Below, piece after piece: positions 37,351 to 47,292 of a stretch of 64,000 nt of DNA (positions within the stretch are counted from its first letter, which is position 1; each line of letters starts with the position of its first letter). The position numbers and the translations under genes were made by a program. Source of the DNA: Nitrospinales bacterium. GTDB lineage: Bacteria > Nitrospinota > Nitrospinia > Nitrospinales > VA-1. Below the pieces are notes generated by a model. The model worked only from the letters and a program-made list of their open reading frames with translations. It was not told the origin of the DNA and searched no databases. Location: NCBI GenBank assembly GCA_965223345.1, contig CBDCWG010000001.1, forward strand, positions 216,751 through 280,750, given 5' to 3'.

Positions 37351-38658
37351 ATGGCTGATGAACTGAAATCGGCGGGCAAATCGGTTTGGCATGTAGATGG
37401 TAAAGAGATTGAACTCCCACTGGTCGAAGGTTCCGAGGGAGAAAAGGCGGTCGATGTCTCTCGCCTCCGCGCCGGTAGCGGTTACGTAACTCTCGACGAA
37501 GGTTACGTGAATACTGGTTCGACAACCAGTAGTATCACTTTTCTCAATGGTGAGTCAGGCGTTTTACGTTATCGCGGGTATCCCATTGAAACGCTGGCCG
37601 AGCATTGCGACTTCGTTGAGGTCTGTTATCTGCTGATCTATGGCGAGCTACCGACTCGCAGTGAAATCGAAGGCTTTCGCAGTTCGATTCGCCGGCATAC
37701 GATGCTGCATGAAGATATGAAGCTGTTTTACAACGGCTTCCCGCGCGATGCCCACCCGATGGCGATCTTGTCTTCGGTCGTGAACGCGATGTCTACCTTC
37801 TATCAAGATTCTCTCGATCCACACGATCCGGCGCAGGTCGAAGTTTCGATTCATCGTTTGATTGCCAAGTTGCCCACGATCGCAGCATATAGCTACAAGA
37901 AGTCGGTGGGACAACCCTTCACCTACCCCAAGAACGATCTCAATTACTGCGAGAACTTTCTGCGAATGATGTTCGCTGTACCGAGCGAACCGTTTGAACT
38001 CGATCAAGACTTCATCAGCGCGCTTAATCTTTTGCTGATCGTGCACGCTGATCACGAACAGAATTGCAGCACATCGACTGTGCGGATGGTCGGTTCCTCC
38101 AATGCAAACCTCTTTGCATCGATATCTGCCGGCATTGGCGCGTTGTGGGGGCCGCTCCACGGGGGAGCAAACGAAGCGGTCGTCGACATGTTGGAACAGA
38201 TCATTCGTGATAATTGCAATGTGCGGAAGTATGTCGATATGGCCAAGGACAAGGATGATGGATTCCGGTTGATGGGATTCGGTCACCGTGTCTACAAGAA
38301 CTACGATCCACGCGCCAAAATCATAAAAAAGGCGTGTGATAAGCTTTTGGACAAACTCGATCTGGAAGATCCCTTGTTCGATGTCGCGCAGCAGTTAGAA
38401 GAGGTCGCATTGAACGACCCCTACTTCGTCGAGCGTCGGCTCTATCCAAACGTCGATTTCTATTCGGGTGTGATCTATCGGGCAATCGGTATTCCGGTTC
38501 AGATGTTTACTGTCTTGTTCGCGATGGGACGCTTGCCAGGGTGGATTGCCCATTGGAAAGAGATGCAGCAGTCACCATCGAAACGGATCTGCAGGCCCCG
38601 GCAGATCTATACCGGGCCGACCGAATTGTCGTTTCGGCCGGTCGATCAACGCGGCTGA
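37351..38658 (+). CDS. gltA: Citrate synthase
   Basis: LRYRGYPIE, HADHEQNCST, GPLHGGANE, GFGHRVYKNYDPR, YPNVDFYSG. Confidence 0.97.
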   Translation: MADELKSAGKSVWHVDGKEIELPLVEGSEGEKAVDVSRLRAGSGYVTLDEGYVNTGSTTSSITFLNGESGVLRYRGYPIETLAEHCDFVEVCYLLIYGELPTRSEIEGFRSSIRRHTMLHEDMKLFYNGFPRDAHPMAILSSVVNAMSTFYQDSLDPHDPAQVEVSIHRLIAKLPTIAAYSYKKSVGQPFTYPKNDLNYCENFLRMMFAVPSEPFELDQDFISALNLLLIVHADHEQNCSTSTVRMVGSSNANLFASISAGIGALWGPLHGGANEAVVDMLEQIIRDNCNVRKYVDMAKDKDDGFRLMGFGHRVYKNYDPRAKIIKKACDKLLDKLDLEDPLFDVAQQLEEVALNDPYFVERRLYPNVDFYSGVIYRAIGIPVQMFTVLFAMGRLPGWIAHWKEMQQSPSKRICRPRQIYTGPTELSFRPVDQRG

Positions 38659-39044
38659 GGGCATCGTCGCTCCGAACCGGTGTCTCGTCGATTGCCACCG
38701 ACCTACGCGTTTAGCGATTCGTGGTGATAGTCCGCGTACGTGGTCCGTGCTTGAAACCGATGGTTCGCTCCGGATCCCATCGGGTTGAATCTGCCGGTAG
38801 CGCTAGTCGCGGTTGGCATGATTGTGGCGTGGCGCCGCACATCATCCGTACCCCCCTCCGTTGCTAGCTCGGTGACTCGGCTCGTCCCACCAATTCGGGT
38901 GAAGTCGACAGGTACGACCCCTGCGAGCGGTCGTCCGATCGGTTCGGCTGTCGCCAGATCGGTGTCTCGGTCGATGATGGAAAGGGTGACGTGGCAATTT
39001 GTCACGGTGGGCATGATGCTAGCTTCGGGAAGCGAGGTGCTGCG

Positions 39045-40070
39045 ATGGTGCGGCACAAGAGAATGCGGGGATACTTGCTGGCGATCGCGATCGTGCAAAG
39101 CGCGATGGCTGGCACGCCCGATTCGCAGGTGGTTCCTCTTTTACCGGAGAGGCTCCGGACATCGGAAGGGGCAATCGGGGCGGTCGTCCTATGCGTCGCA
39201 CAACAGGCAGATGGCCCGCTGGTCGCCGCAGGTGGTGATGATCACCTAGTCCGAATCTGGAACCGCGACACGGCATCGCTAGTCGGTATCTGGAAAGGAC
39301 ATCGCGATTGGGTACAGGCGATCCAGTTCCTGGGCGAACGTGAATTGTTGAGCGCTGGCCGTGACGGACAGATTCTGGCGTGGCGGCTCGATGCGATGGA
39401 GTCGCCTCGCCGAATCGCGAAACGGAACGGACCGGTGGCCGACCTGGCGCTCGACGTGCGACGTGGTTGGTTGGCGGCGGCGGGACTTCCGGCCGGCGTC
39501 GATCTCTTTTCGGCTGGCACGGGTGAATGGGTCCCTCAAGCGACTTTGGGTCAGGCCGAGTCACATGCCGTGGCAATCGGACCAGAGGCGATTGCCACAT
39601 GTCGCCGTTGTGGCCCTGTGCGACTCTGGTCCGTGAAGGCCGACTCGCAAGCACCACGATTCCTCGGCGCTTCGACAAGTCGGTTTCGCGCACTCGCCTT
39701 CAGTTGGGATGGCCGCTCATTGGCCGCCGCGGGCGATCGGTCGATCGAGCTGTTCGATGTTGTGTCGGGCGAACGGATTCGCGAAGTCCCGACGCAACAG
39801 AGCAGAGTCTTTGCACTCACCTTCGTGGCGCCAGAGCGGATTGCCGTCGCAGGCAGCGACAATTGTATTCACGTCTGGGATCTCGGCTTAGGACGCAGGC
39901 TGCGCACGCTGTCCGGCCACACCGGTTCCGTGACGTCGCTCGACTACCAACGTCGCGTGTTGGTTTCGGGTAGCTACGACACCACCATTCGGTTTTGGAC
40001 CGATCCTTTATTCGAATCAAAATTGCGGTCGACCGCGTCGACCGACGAAGTGGCCCAACAGACCCCGTAG
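39045..40070 (+). CDS. Exported WD40-repeat protein
   Basis: Signal-like N-terminus; GH...W repeats, SGSYDTTIRFW. Confidence 0.85.
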   Translation: MVRHKRMRGYLLAIAIVQSAMAGTPDSQVVPLLPERLRTSEGAIGAVVLCVAQQADGPLVAAGGDDHLVRIWNRDTASLVGIWKGHRDWVQAIQFLGERELLSAGRDGQILAWRLDAMESPRRIAKRNGPVADLALDVRRGWLAAAGLPAGVDLFSAGTGEWVPQATLGQAESHAVAIGPEAIATCRRCGPVRLWSVKADSQAPRFLGASTSRFRALAFSWDGRSLAAAGDRSIELFDVVSGERIREVPTQQSRVFALTFVAPERIAVAGSDNCIHVWDLGLGRRLRTLSGHTGSVTSLDYQRRVLVSGSYDTTIRFWTDPLFESKLRSTASTDEVAQQTP

Positions 40071-40122
40071 CCGCCATTGCGATGGCTATTCGTCGGATCG
40101 GCCTGATAACGGGAAATCAAGG

Positions 40123-43100
40123 ATGATGTACCGACAGCGATATCGAGGATTGATGCGCCGACGTGTTGGGGTTCGCCAGTGCGAGACGCATCGTCTCGAA
40201 CAGCTTGAGCCCCGGTGCCTTCTTGTGGCGGGGCCGCTGCATGTCGGCATTGTCTATACCGAAGAAGATCTGGGAACCGATCAGCAGGGCGACCTGTTCG
40301 AAGTTACGTTCCAGGGTGGCGCCGATCAGACTGAGTTAACTGCGCTCGTGATTGACGGGAATCAAGTCGATCCGACTTTCGGCATGGGAGATGTCTTCTT
40401 CGACACGATCGAGACGGGAAATCCGGGCGACCAGTGGGGAGCCGACCATGCATTCACGCTGACGGTCGTATCGAACGAAGGGATCGATCAAGTCGACTGG
40501 ACAGTCGATGACGGTACCACAACGCTCAGTTTTCGCTTCGTTGGATTTCATGCCGGTGATCGGTTACTTTTCTCGATCGACGTTGACGAAGTCGAAGAGT
40601 TTGACCCAAACGAGACCGATCCAGAGTACATTAACGACGGATTCGATCCGATCACTTCAGGTGTCGAGTTTCAGGGATCGACCTTGCAGGCCGAATTCTC
40701 TGCGCCCAGTTTTCACGACGCGTCCGCATCGACCACTTTTCGAAACCGTTACGACGACCTGCTAGAGCAGAGCCGGCTCGACCTTCCCACTGACAATGCA
40801 CACGGGAAGCGTGATCGTACGGCCGGCGCATTCGCCTCGGTAACACAACAACCGCTGCCGGTGACGTTGTCTGGATCTGTCTTCGAAGATGTCAATCTCG
40901 ATCTGCGGCGCGATCCAACCGAGCCCGCACTGGCCGACGTGATCCTCGAACTGTGGCAACGGGTCTCGGACGACCATTACGAATCGACTGGCTGGACAAC
41001 CACCACCGATCAGGGGGGGCGATATGAGTTCGGCAGCGGTCTCAAATTGGCGCCAGGACATTATCAGGTGCGCGAACATCAGCCAGATGGCTATTTTAGC
41101 GTCGGCGCGATGCCAGGCCGTTTGGACGATGGCGAGATTGCCGGCGTCGTGGCGTCAGACGATATCGTGTCCGAAATAGCGCTGTTACGAGGTGGAATGC
41201 GCGCCGATCAGATCGACTTTGCCGAAGCGCGCCCGGTCGAACTGTCGGGATATGTTTATCATGACCGGAATGAAGATGCCGACCGTCAGCCGGACGAAGA
41301 TGGGATTGCAGGGTCACTCGTCCGCGTTGTGCCGGTCGACACCATTGACGATTCAATCGGTCCGGTCGACATCTTGTCTGACGCAGATGGTCGGTTCCAC
41401 GTTGATGGTTTGCCTCCCGGCCGATATCGAATCGAACAAGCCGAACAACCGACACATTATCTCGATGGCGAAGACCGACCTGGTACCGTCGATGGCGTTG
41501 TGCATGGTATCGCCACCAATCCGGGTGATCAGATCGGCGCCATCGATTTGCAGAGTGGCGAGTCGGGCGTCGACTACCGATTCGGCGAGGTTTTGCCAGT
41601 CACCTTGCGCGGTCGGATCGAAGCGTCGGATGAAAATGGCAATTGCTTCGTTGGCGATCACACGACGCATGGTGTTGCCGGAGTTGTCGTGACCCTGTAC
41701 GACGAAGAGACCAACTTACGCGTGGCAACGGTCGTGACCGACGCAGAAGGCTTCTACGAGTTTACCTCGCTATATCCCGGCGATTATCGGATCGTCGAAT
41801 CGACGCCCGCTGGCTGGCTCGATGGTCCCGAACGAGTTGGTACGGTGAACGGTACTCCGCGTGGTACCGTGATCGGGAATGACGTCATCGGATCGATTAC
41901 CCTTCGATCGGGAGAAAATGGCGTCTTCTATGACTTTTGCGAGCATCAGCCGGTATCCTTGCGAGGGCATGTCTTTCATGATCGAGATAACGACGGGATA
42001 ATGGAATCGGGAGAAGAGGGGATCGACAACGTTGTCGTATCACTTCGCAACGACCAAGGAGAATTTGTCAGGTCGGTAACGACCGACACACACGGGATCT
42101 ACGAGTTCATCGATCTACTGCCAGGCCGGTACGAAGTCGTGGAAGAACAACCCGCTGGGTGGCGCGACGGAAAGGAGCAACTCGGTAGGGTCGATGACGA
42201 ACCGAGCGGAATCGCGCACAATGACCGGTTCACAGAGATCTGGCTTCCCAGCGGCGCACAGGGGGTTGATTACAACTTCGGTGAATGGCTGCCGATTTCG
42301 CTTTCGGGTAATGTCCACTTTTCTGATGAACATGGAGACTGTTTCGGCGAAGGTGTCGTGACCGAGCCGCTGCCGGGCGCCACGATTCTCCTATTCGACA
42401 TGCAGGGGCAACAAGTTGCTGAAACGGTGTCGGGTGCACAGGGCCAATATGCGTTTCGCGATCTCGAACCGGGCACGTACCGAGTTGTGGAGATCACCCC
42501 CGACGGTTTATTTGAAGGGGGCGCGCAGGCCGGTTTCGTTAATCAGCTGACCGTAGGTGTGATCGATGGTGCTAATTCCATCACCGAGATCACGCTTCGC
42601 TCCGGGGATCAGGCGGTCGAATACGATTTTTGTGATCACGAACCCGCTACTCTTTCGGGGAACGTCTACCATGATCGAAATGGTGATGGCCATCGTGGTC
42701 CAAATGAAGAGGGTATTGGTGGTACCGACGTCGCATTGGTTGACGAGCAGGGTAACATTCTCCAAACAATGACGACCGACTCGAACGGTGCTTACCACTT
42801 CCAACACTTACTGCCTGGCCGGTACGCCATTGTCGAACAGCAGCCAATCGGGTGGCTCGATGGACAAGAAGAGTTGGGACGGGTCAACGGACACGTCACC
42901 GGATCGGTTGCGTCAAACGATCGGTTCGAACAGATAACGTTACCACCTGGTAGTATCGGAACCGAATACAACTTCGGTGAATATCTTCCGGTGTCGCTCG
43001 CCGGCACGGTTCATTCCGATCCGGATCAAGATTGCGAAATCGACAGTGGCGAAGTAATGTTGGAGGGTGTCCGGATCGAGTTGTGGCAGGGCGAAAGTTT

Positions 43101-44973
43101 GATTGCCTCTGAAACGACCGATCGCGAGGGGCGCTATCGCTTCGATGGCTTGCCCCCAGGCATCTACACTTTGCGAGAAGTGCAGCCGGTTGGGTACTTT
43201 CAGGGGGGCCAAGTAGCTGGAACGAGTGGTGGATACGCCGATCGACGCGATGTGATCTCCGAAATCGCATTGCCCAGTGGCGTCACGGCCGACGATTATC
43301 AGTTCTGCGAAGTACCACCTTCGCAACTTTCAGGTTACGTCTTCCAAGATGGCCCAGCGGTCGAACTGGCACACGACCAGAACTTACCTGACGACATATC
43401 GGAGTTACGCGACGGAGCGCGCACGCCGGACGATCTTCCGTTGGCGGGCATCACACTGGAGCTGCGCCATGGTGTCACCGGGCAGATGATCGATGCCGAC
43501 GTGGCACTCGATGGGTACTATTCTCCCGGACCGATTCGAACCGTGAGCGACGCCAATGGATTCTATCTATTTGACGGACTCCCGCGTGGTAACTACGCGG
43601 TATTTCAGGTGCACCCACCGGGATTCACCGACGGCATCGACACGCCGGGGACAACCGACGGGATCGCTGATAACGTCCATACGCCGCTCAGTCCCGCGGT
43701 GGCTGCGGCGCTCGAGCAGCCGACCTTCCACGACGCGATCTTAAGGATTCCCTTACCACCTGGCGTTCATTCCCGAGAGAACAACTTCAGTGAGATTGTG
43801 GCGCGCAAGTCACAACCGTTCGTTCCGTTCAACCCGCCACCCCGTACGCCCATTCCCGAAGCAGTCGACTTAGCGGTCGCGACATGGGAGCCGATTACGG
43901 TCGACCGCCAGATGGTGTTCCTGCCAACGGTGGCGCGGCGCGAGCCCTATGTGCCGCGGGCGATTGGGTATACGTGGCACCTAAGTGTTACCAACGGAGG
44001 GCATCCACGGTCGGCCACGGTCGAATCGCACGCTGGTACGCAAGGGGAGAAGCCGCCGGTCTGGATTCCAGTCGAGTGGACGCATCGTCCGCGTGCCGGG
44101 AAGCTATGGAAATTGTGGGTGCGTGGCGATCGATTGGTTCGGATCTCACCGATCTACTTTGGCGGCGAACGCGCTCGTCCAGTTGCTGGTGACTTTAATG
44201 GCGATGGAAAGAGTGAGATCGGCACGTTCGAAGAGGGGCAGTGGATGGTCGATCTCAATGGAAACGGTGAGTGGGATAACGATGATCTATGGGCTCGCCT
44301 AGGTTACGCTGGAGACTTGCCAGTTGTCGGCGACTGGGATGGTGACGGCAAGGACGACATCGGCATTTTCGGTCGTGCCTGGCCGGGTGATCCGCGGGCC
44401 GTTGCGGAAGAGCCGGGATTGCCCGATGGTCAGAATCAGGCAGCGGGCCGGCCCAAAAATCTACCTCCTGACGAGCAAGATGCCACACGCGGCCGGCGTG
44501 AATTGCAAGCGACTGCCAAAGGTCCGATTCGTACCGATCTGATCGACCATGTCTTCCACTACGGCGTTGCCGGTGATGCTCCGGTTACGGGCGATTGGAA
44601 CGGCGACGGGATTCATACGATCGCGATCTTTCGTAACGGTGTTTGGCGACTCGATGTCGATGGCGATGGCCAATGGAGCGGCCAAGACCGTCGGATCGTC
44701 TTCGGGCACCAGGGCGACATCCCGGTCAGGGGCGATTGGAATGGCGATGGTGTCGACGATGTTGCCGTCTTCCGCGACGGCACGTTTTGGCTCGACTCGA
44801 ACGCGAACGGCCAATGGGACAGTGATGACGAGCGGGTCGAGACCGGCACCGAAGGCCGTCCGGCCGTCGGTGATTGGGATGGCGACGGACGTGACGACAT
44901 CGCGGTGATGTCTGAGACCGACGCGACGCCCGAACCGCGCGAGGCGCGCACTTCGCGTCCATCCGTCCGCTAA
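40123..44973 (+). CDS. Giant extracellular protein: LEPRxLL leader, 8 SdrD-B-like repeats, C-terminal FG-GAP/VCBS-like DxDGDG repeats
   Basis: LEQLEPRCLL at aa 25-34; eight PxxLxGxV repeats with TDxxGxYxFxxLxPGxY; GDWNGDG repeats. Confidence 0.88.
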   Translation: MMYRQRYRGLMRRRVGVRQCETHRLEQLEPRCLLVAGPLHVGIVYTEEDLGTDQQGDLFEVTFQGGADQTELTALVIDGNQVDPTFGMGDVFFDTIETGNPGDQWGADHAFTLTVVSNEGIDQVDWTVDDGTTTLSFRFVGFHAGDRLLFSIDVDEVEEFDPNETDPEYINDGFDPITSGVEFQGSTLQAEFSAPSFHDASASTTFRNRYDDLLEQSRLDLPTDNAHGKRDRTAGAFASVTQQPLPVTLSGSVFEDVNLDLRRDPTEPALADVILELWQRVSDDHYESTGWTTTTDQGGRYEFGSGLKLAPGHYQVREHQPDGYFSVGAMPGRLDDGEIAGVVASDDIVSEIALLRGGMRADQIDFAEARPVELSGYVYHDRNEDADRQPDEDGIAGSLVRVVPVDTIDDSIGPVDILSDADGRFHVDGLPPGRYRIEQAEQPTHYLDGEDRPGTVDGVVHGIATNPGDQIGAIDLQSGESGVDYRFGEVLPVTLRGRIEASDENGNCFVGDHTTHGVAGVVVTLYDEETNLRVATVVTDAEGFYEFTSLYPGDYRIVESTPAGWLDGPERVGTVNGTPRGTVIGNDVIGSITLRSGENGVFYDFCEHQPVSLRGHVFHDRDNDGIMESGEEGIDNVVVSLRNDQGEFVRSVTTDTHGIYEFIDLLPGRYEVVEEQPAGWRDGKEQLGRVDDEPSGIAHNDRFTEIWLPSGAQGVDYNFGEWLPISLSGNVHFSDEHGDCFGEGVVTEPLPGATILLFDMQGQQVAETVSGAQGQYAFRDLEPGTYRVVEITPDGLFEGGAQAGFVNQLTVGVIDGANSITEITLRSGDQAVEYDFCDHEPATLSGNVYHDRNGDGHRGPNEEGIGGTDVALVDEQGNILQTMTTDSNGAYHFQHLLPGRYAIVEQQPIGWLDGQEELGRVNGHVTGSVASNDRFEQITLPPGSIGTEYNFGEYLPVSLAGTVHSDPDQDCEIDSGEVMLEGVRIELWQGESLIASETTDREGRYRFDGLPPGIYTLREVQPVGYFQGGQVAGTSGGYADRRDVISEIALPSGVTADDYQFCEVPPSQLSGYVFQDGPAVELAHDQNLPDDISELRDGARTPDDLPLAGITLELRHGVTGQMIDADVALDGYYSPGPIRTVSDANGFYLFDGLPRGNYAVFQVHPPGFTDGIDTPGTTDGIADNVHTPLSPAVAAALEQPTFHDAILRIPLPPGVHSRENNFSEIVARKSQPFVPFNPPPRTPIPEAVDLAVATWEPITVDRQMVFLPTVARREPYVPRAIGYTWHLSVTNGGHPRSATVESHAGTQGEKPPVWIPVEWTHRPRAGKLWKLWVRGDRLVRISPIYFGGERARPVAGDFNGDGKSEIGTFEEGQWMVDLNGNGEWDNDDLWARLGYAGDLPVVGDWDGDGKDDIGIFGRAWPGDPRAVAEEPGLPDGQNQAAGRPKNLPPDEQDATRGRRELQATAKGPIRTDLIDHVFHYGVAGDAPVTGDWNGDGIHTIAIFRNGVWRLDVDGDGQWSGQDRRIVFGHQGDIPVRGDWNGDGVDDVAVFRDGTFWLDSNANGQWDSDDERVETGTEGRPAVGDWDGDGRDDIAVMSETDATPEPREARTSRPSVR

Positions 44974-44974
44974 T

Positions 44975-45145
44975 TCACGAATTCTTTAGCTGTTCGACTT
45001 GCTTTTCGAGTCCCTCGATCTCTGCCGTCAAACGTTCCACTTCGCCAACCTCGTCGGGCTGCGCCTTCGCACCACTTAGCTGCTGTTGAAGGCGACGGAT
45101 CTTGTCGCGGAGAACCTCCAGCTTCTTCTTCGATTTCTTGTCCAT
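44975..45145 (-). CDS. Small coiled-coil protein (56 aa)
   Basis: MDKKSKKKLEVL...QQQLSGAKAQPDE...; charged heptad pattern; purine-rich upstream sequence. Confidence 0.65.
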   Translation of the reverse strand: MDKKSKKKLEVLRDKIRRLQQQLSGAKAQPDEVGEVERLTAEIEGLEKQVEQLKNS

Positions 45146-45366
45146 CAAGGGGCTCGCTTTCCCTTTTCTTGTCGGGCAGTTGGGGCGGGAGTGATGATCG
45201 TGTCGTGCCACCTCCCGAGGACGTGGGGTACCATCAGCAGGAACGTGCGGTCCGACACGATGGTACCGAGTATAGCGGCTCGCTCGGCCCACCGGCCAAC
45301 CCCGTGATGCATTTCTCCAACCTATATTTGTACGTCCTCCCTGTGTTCCGCGTCTGAATTGCAGTC

Positions 45367-47292
45367 TTGCGCGTTATGACGATTTCACGCCGTAGTCGAC
45401 GTTTTCCCGTTGTGAGTGGCCGCGATATCGGCACTCTCGTGCGCGAGATTCGCGAGATGGCCGATCAGATTCGCTCGGCGCCCGATGCGACCTTGGCGCA
45501 TCAGATCCATCGCCTCGTCGAGAAACGGTCGACTGGCAGTGCCGGCACGATCGAGGCGGAGATATTGATCCCCTGTTTTGCTGCCTGTTATGAAGCAGTT
45601 CGCCGTACCCTGGGCCTGGAACTGTTCGATGTGCAGCTCATGGCTGGTGTCGCTCTGGCGCATGGAAGTGTCGCTGAGATGCAGACGGGTGAAGGAAAAA
45701 CGGTGGCGGCTGTGGCGCCGGCGTGCCTGCGGGCCATCATGGGTGATTCGGTACATGTTGCCACCGTCAACGACTATCTGGCCACTCGCGATTTTCAGCA
45801 GTTGCGGCCGGTGTACGAAATGTTGGGACTGCGCGCTGGCCTGTTGCGCGCCGGCGCCAGTACTGTCGAAAAACAGCACGCCTACCACTGCGATATTACC
45901 TATGGGCCGGGTTACGAATTCGGATTCGACTATCTACGAGACCAGTCAGCGCGTCTGGCGTTGCCGCCACTTCCCTTAGCACGCCGTTTCCGACAAACGC
46001 TACACGGCGCAACGCCGCGTGACGTCGTGACGTGTCAAGCCCGCCGAGATTTTTCGATTATCGACGAAATCGATAGTGTCTTAATCGACGAGGCACATGT
46101 GCCGCTGGTACTGAGCGGCGGCGCTGGGGATGTGGCCAGCCAGTCGGAGGCCGTCGCGTTTCGACTCGCCCATGATCTTGCCACCGAACTTCAACTCGGC
46201 ACCGACTTCACCCTTAAGGATCGCCGCTGTCGCCTGACGCCGCGAGGTGGTGAGTTGAGTCAGGGACGATGGCGAGTCAGCGCTGCGATGAAACTGCAGC
46301 GCGCCTGGCACTCTTATGTTGAGAACGCGTTACAGGCACGCAACGTGCTACGTCGCGACGTCGACTATGTCGTTGTCAATGACGAAATACATATTGTCGA
46401 TCCGAACACCGGACGTATCTTTCCCGATCGATCATGGCGCGATGGTTTGCATCAGGCGGTTCAGACGAAGGAAGGAGTTACGATTCACTCCGAATCGACG
46501 TCGATCGCGCAGATCTCACGCCAACGTTTCTATCAGCTCTATCGACAAATTGCTGGTATGACTGGAACGGCCTACGGAGCCGAACACGAGTTCCGAGCGA
46601 TCTATGGCCTACCGGTGCTTCGGGTGCCGTTGCGGCAGACCTCCCGGCGACGCGTCTTGCCGACTCGCTGCTTTGTCGATCGTAAAGCGAAGTGGGATGC
46701 GATCGTCCAAGAGATTGCCATTCGGCATTGGACTGGCCAACCCGTGCTGGTCGGGACGCGCAACATCGCGAATGGCGAGTCGCTCGCCGAGCGACTCACC
46801 CGGTATCGGATTCCTCACCGATTGCTTAATGGCAAACAAGATCTGGACGAAGCCGAGATCGTTGGGGCTGCGGGCGAACAGGGGGCCGTTACGGTCGCGA
46901 CCAATATGGCAGGACGTGGCACCGATATTCGACTCGGTGCCGGAAGACCACGACAATTGGGACTTCATGTCATCGGAGAGGAGTGTAATGATCTGACTCG
47001 CATCGATCGTCAACTGATCGGACGTGCTGCCCGGCAGGGTGATCCCGGCTCAAGCCAGTTCTTCGTGTCGAGCGACGATGTGCTGTTGGAGCAGCACGGA
47101 CCATCGCTGCAACGGGCGATTCGCCGTCGTGGCTCTCGCTCGCATGCGGAGATTCGACTCGATTTGAGTCGAGCGATTGAGTCGATACAGAAGCGAGTCG
47201 AGCGGAAGAACTATTTGGCGCGCCGTGACTTGATGCGACGCGACCAATGGATGGAGACCGTCTTGGACCGGTTGGCCGAGAGGATCGCATGA
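45367..47292 (+). CDS. Accessory, C-terminally truncated SecA paralogue (NBD1-PPXD-NBD2)
   Basis: EMQTGEGKT, TVNDYLA, FGFDYLRD, IIDEIDS, GLHQAV, GMTGTA, ATNMAGRGTDI, RIDRQLIGRAARQGDPG; only 641 aa; start uncertain. Confidence 0.92.
   Translation: MRVMTISRRSRRFPVVSGRDIGTLVREIREMADQIRSAPDATLAHQIHRLVEKRSTGSAGTIEAEILIPCFAACYEAVRRTLGLELFDVQLMAGVALAHGSVAEMQTGEGKTVAAVAPACLRAIMGDSVHVATVNDYLATRDFQQLRPVYEMLGLRAGLLRAGASTVEKQHAYHCDITYGPGYEFGFDYLRDQSARLALPPLPLARRFRQTLHGATPRDVVTCQARRDFSIIDEIDSVLIDEAHVPLVLSGGAGDVASQSEAVAFRLAHDLATELQLGTDFTLKDRRCRLTPRGGELSQGRWRVSAAMKLQRAWHSYVENALQARNVLRRDVDYVVVNDEIHIVDPNTGRIFPDRSWRDGLHQAVQTKEGVTIHSESTSIAQISRQRFYQLYRQIAGMTGTAYGAEHEFRAIYGLPVLRVPLRQTSRRRVLPTRCFVDRKAKWDAIVQEIAIRHWTGQPVLVGTRNIANGESLAERLTRYRIPHRLLNGKQDLDEAEIVGAAGEQGAVTVATNMAGRGTDIRLGAGRPRQLGLHVIGEECNDLTRIDRQLIGRAARQGDPGSSQFFVSSDDVLLEQHGPSLQRAIRRRGSRSHAEIRLDLSRAIESIQKRVERKNYLARRDLMRRDQWMETVLDRLAERIA

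Noticed and set aside
38814..38828. Possible sigma54 promoter TGGCATGATTGTGGC upstream of the WD40 gene
   Set aside because: GG-N10-GC spacing fits but the -12 element is off-consensus. Similar near-matches at ~6663 and ~58775 have wrong spacing. Not supportable.
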